From: a virus
Direction: 5' to 3' (one strand)
IMG/VR virus record: IMGVR_UViG_2582581264_000001
Location: 1 to 44,209 of that record
DNA length: 44,209 nt
Position 1 is the first letter of the stretch, and every line of letters begins with the position of its first letter. Position numbers and translations under genes: made by a program. Of this stretch, positions 38,997-44,209 are shown in pieces. The notes beneath the pieces are model-generated. The model saw nothing but the letters and a program-made list of their open reading frames with translations, ran no database searches and was not told the origin of the DNA.

Positions 38997-40481
38997 TTGA
39001 TTAACCTTCGCCCCTATCAAAGCGATGCTTTAGATGGTGTGCGCGCCGCCTATGCTGCGGGGCATCGCGCCCCGTTGTTGGTGGCGCCCACCGGGGCCGG
39101 AAAGACCATCATGTTTTCGGACGTTGCGCTACGCGCCGCTGAAAAAAATATGCCCACCCTAATCTTAGCGCACCGCCGCGAGCTTATCCGGCAAGCGTCA
39201 AAAAAGCTGACTCTTTCCAATGTGCCGCACGGCATTATTGCCCCCGGCTTCACCCCTACCCGCGACCTTGTGCGGGTGGGAAGCGTGCAGACCGTTGCGC
39301 GGCGCCTTGATAGGCCGGAGGCGCAGGGCTTCAAGCTTATTGTCATTGACGAGGCGCACCACGCGGTTGCCGGGCAATGGGACCAGATTATTACCGCCAA
39401 CCCTAAGGCGCGTCTGCTTGGGGTTACGGCTACGCCAGAGCGCCAGGACGGGCGCGGTCTCGGGGTGGCGGCTGGCGGTTGCTTTGACGTGCTGGTTGAC
39501 GGCCCGAAAATTGGCGACCTGATAGCAGATGGCTATTTGGTCCGCACTAAGACTTATGCGCCGTCCGTAGAGGCTGACGTGTCAAACGTGCCAATCCGGG
39601 GCGGCGATTATGTACCGGACGCGCTGGCGGAGGTGATGGACACGCCCGCGATCACGGGCGACGTGGTGGCGCATTATGCGCGCTACGCGCCGGGCCTGCC
39701 GACCATCGTTTTCTGTGCCAATCGAAAGCATGGGGAGCATGTCGCGCAAGCTTTCAGTGCTGCGGGATGGCGCGCCGCGTTTGCTGACGGCACCATGAAA
39801 GGCAAAGACCGCGACGCAGCCCTTGGCGGCCTGGAAACTGGCGCGGTTCAGGTGCTTTGCGTGGCGGACCTTGTGAGCGAAGGCGTGGACATTCCCACGG
39901 TTTCTTGCGTCATCTCAGTGCGCAAAACCACAAGTTTGGGATTGTGGATGCAGCAGGTAGGGCGGGGGTTGCGAACCGTTTACGCGCCGGGGTTTGATCT
40001 AAATGACCGTGCCGGGCGGTTGCTGGCCATAGCAGCCAGTAACAAACCGCACCTAATTCTACTTGACCATAGCGGCAACACGCTGCGCCACGGGTTGCCG
40101 GATACTGAGCGCGATTGGAGCCTTGACGGGAAATGCAAAAAGGAACGCACGGCACCAACATTGAAGCAATGCCCTGGCTGTTTTGCCATCCACCAACCGG
40201 CGCCTGTGTGCCCGCATTGTGGCCACGACTATAACGCAGGGAAGGCCACACTATCGGAGTTGCCGCTTGTGTCTGCCCCAGGCGAGTTGAAGGAAGTTGA
40301 TGAAGCCATGGCGGCGCGCATTGCGCAGCTTCGGAAAGGGAAGCTTACAGATATTCTCACGGGCAGCGAAACGCTGGCGGAGTTGCGGGAAATCGGGAAG
40401 GCGCGCGGATACAGCCCGCAATGGCCCTGGATGCAGTTTCAGGAAGCTAAGCGCCGCAGGGAGGCGAAAAAAGCAGCATGA
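38997..40481 (+). CDS. SF2 DEAD/DEAH-box helicase (ResIII-type)
   Basis: Walker A APTGAGKT, DEAH (VIDEAHH) and motif III GVTATPER. C-terminal CxxC...CxxC zinc ribbon. TTG start. Confidence 0.85.
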   Translation: MINLRPYQSDALDGVRAAYAAGHRAPLLVAPTGAGKTIMFSDVALRAAEKNMPTLILAHRRELIRQASKKLTLSNVPHGIIAPGFTPTRDLVRVGSVQTVARRLDRPEAQGFKLIVIDEAHHAVAGQWDQIITANPKARLLGVTATPERQDGRGLGVAAGGCFDVLVDGPKIGDLIADGYLVRTKTYAPSVEADVSNVPIRGGDYVPDALAEVMDTPAITGDVVAHYARYAPGLPTIVFCANRKHGEHVAQAFSAAGWRAAFADGTMKGKDRDAALGGLETGAVQVLCVADLVSEGVDIPTVSCVISVRKTTSLGLWMQQVGRGLRTVYAPGFDLNDRAGRLLAIAASNKPHLILLDHSGNTLRHGLPDTERDWSLDGKCKKERTAPTLKQCPGCFAIHQPAPVCPHCGHDYNAGKATLSELPLVSAPGELKEVDEAMAARIAQLRKGKLTDILTGSETLAELREIGKARGYSPQWPWMQFQEAKRRREAKKAA

Positions 40482-40783
40482 GCCAAACTTATGAAGTCAA
40501 TGCCCGGCTATGGGATGGCGTGCAGAAGTTGCGCGTCACAGTCTCGGATGAAGGCCACGCGCTGAGCGTGGAGGCAATCGAGGCTGATGCAGACCGCAAG
40601 CGAGTTCTGGCGAATATCTCAACCATGCTTGGCCGTGGCGTTTCGCCAATCGAGCTAAGCGTGCGTGCGGATGATTTCAAAGAAATCGTGAACACGCTTC
40701 GCGCAACTGAAAACCAGCACAATGCGCCGCGCCGGGCTGCGGCGCTGGCGGAACACGAAAAAAGGAATAAAAATGGCCAGTGA
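40478..40783 (+). CDS. hypothetical protein (101 aa)
   Basis: ATGA overlap with the helicase stop codon. Confidence 0.55.
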   Translation: MSQTYEVNARLWDGVQKLRVTVSDEGHALSVEAIEADADRKRVLANISTMLGRGVSPIELSVRADDFKEIVNTLRATENQHNAPRRAAALAEHEKRNKNGQ

Positions 40784-41168
40784 ATCAGACATTCAAGCCA
40801 AGATCATGCTGGCGATAGGGGGCCGTCCTGACGTGCGGATTTTCCGCAATCATGTGGGCTTCGGGTGGAGCGGCCAGTTGCTCAAGCAGGAAGGGGACCG
40901 CGTATTACTCAAGAACGCGCGCCCGGCAACTTTCGGCCTTGCGCCGGGGTCTGCCGACCTCATCGGCTGGCGCTCCATAACCATCAAGCCGGAGCATGTG
41001 GGCCGCAAGATCGCGGTTTTTATATCAGGCGAGGTGAAGGCCCTGCGCGGCAAAGCGGCGGAGGCCCAAAAGAATTGGGCGCGCATTGTGGATGCCGCCG
41101 GTGGTTTGGCGGCAATTTGGCGCACCCCAGCGGGCGCAATCGAGACTGTGGAAGGGGCGCTGATTTAA
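40773..41168 (+). CDS. VRR-NUC domain nuclease
   Basis: ESDIQAKIMLAI...GSADLIGW...VFISGEVKALRGKAAEAQKNW follows the PD-(D/E)xK VRR-NUC pattern. ATG 40773 with an AAAGGAA RBS. Confidence 0.7.
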   Translation: MASESDIQAKIMLAIGGRPDVRIFRNHVGFGWSGQLLKQEGDRVLLKNARPATFGLAPGSADLIGWRSITIKPEHVGRKIAVFISGEVKALRGKAAEAQKNWARIVDAAGGLAAIWRTPAGAIETVEGALI

Positions 41169-41380
41169 TGGACGTTAGCGAAAAAGAGATGAGGCGCGAC
41201 ATTGCAACTTGGTCATTCGTTACCTGTCGCCACAGCGTCTTGATCGCGGATGTGGAGGAATTGGCGCAATTCCTAATCCGCCGGGGCTGGCGGAAGGCTG
41301 ATGCGAATAGCGGGGGCGCCGTGATGGTGGGCGCTGATTTATCAACTTCGCCGGATTATGTGGTGGAGTTTTCGGCATGA
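41168..41380 (+). CDS. hypothetical protein (70 aa)
   Basis: TAATG overlap. This is the in-frame tail of track ORF 40865..41380. Confidence 0.45.
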   Translation: MDVSEKEMRRDIATWSFVTCRHSVLIADVEELAQFLIRRGWRKADANSGGAVMVGADLSTSPDYVVEFSA

Positions 41381-41652
41381 GTCACCTTGATGAAGCGCAC
41401 GCGCAAATAAACATCTTGCGCCGGGAGAGGGATGACCTAATGCACCGCGCCATATTGGCGGAACACGCGGCTTGGTGCGCGGCAGAAGAATTGTCGCACA
41501 TCGCAAAAAGCGGGGCGCAATCACCTTCGGTGGCGCGGGAGGCAATCGCCCTCATGCTGAGCCGGGGTTTTGGGAGGATGGAAAACGGACGCGCCTCCGG
41601 GCGTTTAAAGGAAATCCTCGGAAGGGCGCGGATTTCGCCGGAAAGCCTTTAA
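41377..41652 (+). CDS. hypothetical protein (91 aa)
   Basis: ATGA overlap with the previous gene. Confidence 0.5.
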   Translation: MSHLDEAHAQINILRRERDDLMHRAILAEHAAWCAAEELSHIAKSGAQSPSVAREAIALMLSRGFGRMENGRASGRLKEILGRARISPESL

Positions 41653-41671
41653 GCCATGACAGGCTGCTAAA

Positions 41672-42541
41672 ATGACCGCCCTGCCCCAAGAAATCGAAGC
41701 CCTGGCGTTGTTGGGCTGGCGGCTCTATCCGGCCAGCACGCGGAGCCGTGCAGCCCTTGTCAGCCAGTTTAAGGATGGAGCAAAGCCCCACGAATTAGCT
41801 ACGCATGACCTAGACCAGCTTGAAACGTGGGCGCGCCGATTTCCGGGGTGTAACTGGCGTGTTGTCATGGAAGGCTCCGGCATTATCGGGCTAGACGTGG
41901 ACGCGCCGGGAGATGACCATAACGGCGATGGCATAACCGCGTTGCGCGATCTTGTGGCCAAAAACACCCCCCTCCCCCCTCGCCCAACCACGCGAAGTGG
42001 CAGCGGTGGGTTTGCGCTGTTTTTCCGCGATAACGGCGCGCCGATCTGCCGCCGGAGCGGCTGGCCGGTGGCTGGGTTAGATCCCCGCGCCGGGCCGCTT
42101 ACGGTAACTGTGCCTCCCTCCACGCATCTAAGAACGCGCAACGCCTACAGGTGGGCGCCGGGGTTGGCGCCTTGGGAGTGCCCCTTACCCGAGGCGCCCG
42201 CGTGGTTGCTTAAAGCCTTAGCCCCTCCGCCTGAACCGCCTATACCCAAGCGCATGCAGCAGCGCCCGGCAACAGAACCGCGCGCCCGGCGGCGCTTAGA
42301 GCGCGCGGTTGATAATGTGCAATATGCAAAGCCCGGCACGCGCAATGCGGAGCTAAACCGGCAATCCTATGCGGTGGGCCGCTATGTGGGCGCGGGGCTG
42401 CTAGATCAGAATTATGTTATTTCCGTGCTATACACGATTGCGCGTAAATCAGGGTTAGCAGATAAAGAGGCGCGCGACACTATCCGCAGCGGGATGGCGT
42501 CGGGCGTTCGTAATCCAGTAACGACAACAGGAAACGAATGA
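41672..42541 (+). CDS. bifunctional primase-polymerase (PrimPol, AEP-family) N-terminal-domain protein
   Basis: LLGWRLYP..., the IIGLDVDAPGD acidic motif, SGSGGFALFF, and VPPSTH...YRW. Confidence 0.75.
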   Translation: MTALPQEIEALALLGWRLYPASTRSRAALVSQFKDGAKPHELATHDLDQLETWARRFPGCNWRVVMEGSGIIGLDVDAPGDDHNGDGITALRDLVAKNTPLPPRPTTRSGSGGFALFFRDNGAPICRRSGWPVAGLDPRAGPLTVTVPPSTHLRTRNAYRWAPGLAPWECPLPEAPAWLLKALAPPPEPPIPKRMQQRPATEPRARRRLERAVDNVQYAKPGTRNAELNRQSYAVGRYVGAGLLDQNYVISVLYTIARKSGLADKEARDTIRSGMASGVRNPVTTTGNE

Positions 42542-42723
42542 ACATTGAAGATGGCAGGCTTGACCGCGTTTGGGCGGAAAACTGCTTTGCAGACCGGGGC
42601 CGCGTCCTGACGGGTTGGGCATCTCACTATTGCCCGGACTTTGACGGCCTCACGATTGATGAAACTTGCCCGCAATGGCCTTGCCTATGCGCGGATGAAT
42701 TGAAAGAGCGCAATCATGCCTGA
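42538..42723 (+). CDS. small Cys-containing protein (61 aa)
   Basis: ATGA overlap upstream and an 8-nt overlap with the helicase start. Five cysteines, including CPQWPCLC. Confidence 0.45.
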   Translation: MNIEDGRLDRVWAENCFADRGRVLTGWASHYCPDFDGLTIDETCPQWPCLCADELKERNHA

Positions 42724-44209
42724 TTATGGCGGCGATATTGACACAGCCGGAGATATGGAAGGCGGATATAGCGCACCACGCCCTAACCTGCCCTTTCAGG
42801 CTCTCGGTTATGACCGCAGCACGTTCTTTTTTCTGCCAAACAGAGGGGGGCAGGTGTTGGAGTTTTCGGGCCGCGAGCTTGGTTCAGCCGGGGCGTTGCT
42901 TCAGCTTGCCCCGCTTTTCTGGTGGGAATCCGAATGCTCCGGCAAAACCGGCATGGATACAAAGCAAGCGAATGATATGGTTTTGCGCATGTCTTACGCG
43001 GCGGGGCCGTTTGATGCGGGCCGCGTGCGAGGCCGTGGCGTTTGGCTGGAAGATGACGGGCGCCCCGTTGTGCATGCTGGCGATCATTTGGCCGTTGATG
43101 GTCAAATCATCTCGCCTACTGAATGGGAAGGGCAGGGCATCTATGAGCGCGCGCCTAAGCTTGGCGTTTCCTTCAGCGCAGAACCGGCAGAAACCGAGGA
43201 AGCAAAACGCTTCCTTGACCTATGCGCCGCCCTCCCTTGGGAGGATGCAAACGACGATGGCGTGGACACTAGCAGCATGGGCCGCATGCTGGCCGGGTGG
43301 ATAACCGTTTCAGCGTTCTGTGGGGCGATGCCGTGGCGGCCACACGTCTGGATTACTTCGGAGGCTGGCCAGGGTAAAAGCTGGCTGCTTGATAATATCC
43401 TGAAGCCCATGCTTGGCGGGGCTGAGTTGCGGGTGCAATCCAAGACGACAGAAGCCGGGTTACGTGCCGCCCTTGGCCGGGACGCGCGCCCGGTGGTGTT
43501 TGATGAAGCAGAAACGCAGAACCAGCGCGATGCCGACCGCATGCAGCAGGTTCTTGACCTTGCCCGGCAGGCATCAAGCGAGGATGGCGCGGATATTGTG
43601 AAATCAACACAGACCGGACAGGCACGCCGATTCAGAATCAGGTCTATGTTTGCCTTTGCAAGCGTCAACGTGGCGCTCTCGCAAGCGGCTGATGAAAGCC
43701 GGACCATTGTTCTTTCGCTGCGCCCGGCACGGGATAAAGACGCGCGGGCCGCGCATTTCGAGAAGCTGAAAAGCTTGCAGGCCGAAATCGTTACCCCTGG
43801 TTTTGCCGCTCGGCTTCGCGCCCGCACGCTCTCGCTGTTGCCGACTATTCGCGCAAACGCGGAGGTTTTCGCGTCCGCGATTGCGAGGGCAGGGGGGTCA
43901 CGCCGCACAGGCGACACAGTTGGTGTACCTCTCGCCGGTGCATGGTCTCTCCGTTCCCGGCGGACTGCCACCAGGGAGGAAGCGGACGCATTTGTTGCGG
44001 GCACTCCATGGGTACGGGCAGCGGTGGAACGCATCGAGAGCGAGCCGGAATGGAGGCAATGCCTTAACCGGCTGCTCGGGCAGCGCATCCGCCTTCCTGG
44101 CAGGGTTGAAGAAGTCCCCGTTGGCGAGTTGCTGGATATTGTGGGAACCCCCTACAGCACGCCAGAAATGGCCGGAGGGGATGACATGCCGGGTGATGGA
44201 GGGACAGCC
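42716..44209 (+). CDS. SF3 (D5/P4-alpha-like) replicative helicase, 5' part; continues at 1..386
   Basis: Missing from the ORF track because it has no in-window stop. Hand translation MPDYGGDIDTAGD... shows Walker A SEAGQGKSW and Walker B RPVVFDEAET. The combined length with 1..386 is about 594 aa. Confidence 0.8.
   Translation, partial: MPDYGGDIDTAGDMEGGYSAPRPNLPFQALGYDRSTFFFLPNRGGQVLEFSGRELGSAGALLQLAPLFWWESECSGKTGMDTKQANDMVLRMSYAAGPFDAGRVRGRGVWLEDDGRPVVHAGDHLAVDGQIISPTEWEGQGIYERAPKLGVSFSAEPAETEEAKRFLDLCAALPWEDANDDGVDTSSMGRMLAGWITVSAFCGAMPWRPHVWITSEAGQGKSWLLDNILKPMLGGAELRVQSKTTEAGLRAALGRDARPVVFDEAETQNQRDADRMQQVLDLARQASSEDGADIVKSTQTGQARRFRIRSMFAFASVNVALSQAADESRTIVLSLRPARDKDARAAHFEKLKSLQAEIVTPGFAARLRARTLSLLPTIRANAEVFASAIARAGGSRRTGDTVGVPLAGAWSLRSRRTATREEADAFVAGTPWVRAAVERIESEPEWRQCLNRLLGQRIRLPGRVEEVPVGELLDIVGTPYSTPEMAGGDDMPGDGGTA
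44115..44209. repeat. Terminal direct repeat, right copy (identical to 1..95)
   Basis: Letter-for-letter identity with 1..95. Confidence 0.95.

Noticed and set aside
38857-39000. 47-aa ORF ([19 protein letters not shown]...LSLIVGHFI) bridging ssb and the SF2 helicase
   Set aside because: It fills the gap and has one hydrophobic segment, but it has no RBS, starts inside the ssb acidic tail in another frame, and is too short to support without expression data.
43141-44088. 315-aa minus-strand ORF (plus the 42726..43304 + ORF) at the right end of the window
   Set aside because: These are antisense or off-frame shadows of the SF3 helicase gene. The real frame, starting at 42716, carries the Walker A and B motifs but was missing from the track because it has no in-window stop. 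The shadow products are Arg/Ser/Ala-rich and low-complexity.
1-44209. tRNA, rRNA, integrase, transposase, reverse transcriptase and toxin-antitoxin pairs
   Set aside because: I looked for T-loop-like GGTTCGAATCC-type strings, recombinase motifs and RT motifs in all translations and found none. A computational tRNA or HMM scan would be needed to make this negative result firm.

Overview
This window holds one complete, circularly closed, GC-rich tailed-phage genome. Bases 1-95 are identical to 44115-44209, so the unit length is 44,114 bp, and one gene (42716..44209, continuing into 1..386) reads across the junction.

Gene layout:
- 404-4394: a leftward early/accessory operon set.
- 1912-2526: a non-coding, iteron-rich and AT-rich origin-like region.
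- 4395-5593: a 1.2 kb non-coding block full of repeats, lying upstream of the packaging genes.
- 5958-27936: one long rightward morphogenesis block. It runs terS, terL, portal, scaffold, major capsid, connector proteins, sheath, tube, a G/GT chaperone with a -1 frameshift, tape measure, a P2/Mu-type baseplate (U/X/D/V/W/J-like) and fibres.
- 27985-32010: an accessory-enzyme and lysis block (HTH-metallophosphoesterase, DUF5664-like, DUF1937-like, permuted papain-like amidase, GH108 muramidase, membrane protein, lipoprotein).
- 32299-33653: a plasmid-like module (wHTH protein, SprT-like protease).
- 33679-37181: a leftward operon with ParA plus a small partner protein, an ERF recombinase and a Gp157-like protein.
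- 37415-38337: a divergent XRE / tandem-HTH switch.
- 38415 to the junction: a rightward replication module (SSB, SF2 helicase, VRR-NUC, PrimPol, SF3 helicase).

I found no integrase, transposase, tRNA, rRNA or CRISPR array.

The points most worth follow-up:
1. The integrase-less genome with ParA and an iteron/AT-rich region suggests a phage-plasmid lifestyle.
2. A family of early promoters has a CTATC-N3-GATAG palindrome fused to the -35 box.
3. An 18-bp motif, TTGTTTCGTACYAWACAA, occurs four times, always in the same orientation.
4. The 1.2 kb non-coding block contains several distinct repeat types.
5. A 127-nt gap in the tail operon is exactly filled by an antisense 37-codon hydrophobic ORF.
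6. An enzyme cluster sits between the fibre genes and the lysis genes.

All functional calls come from reading the supplied translations for motifs and from gene order. No database search was run.
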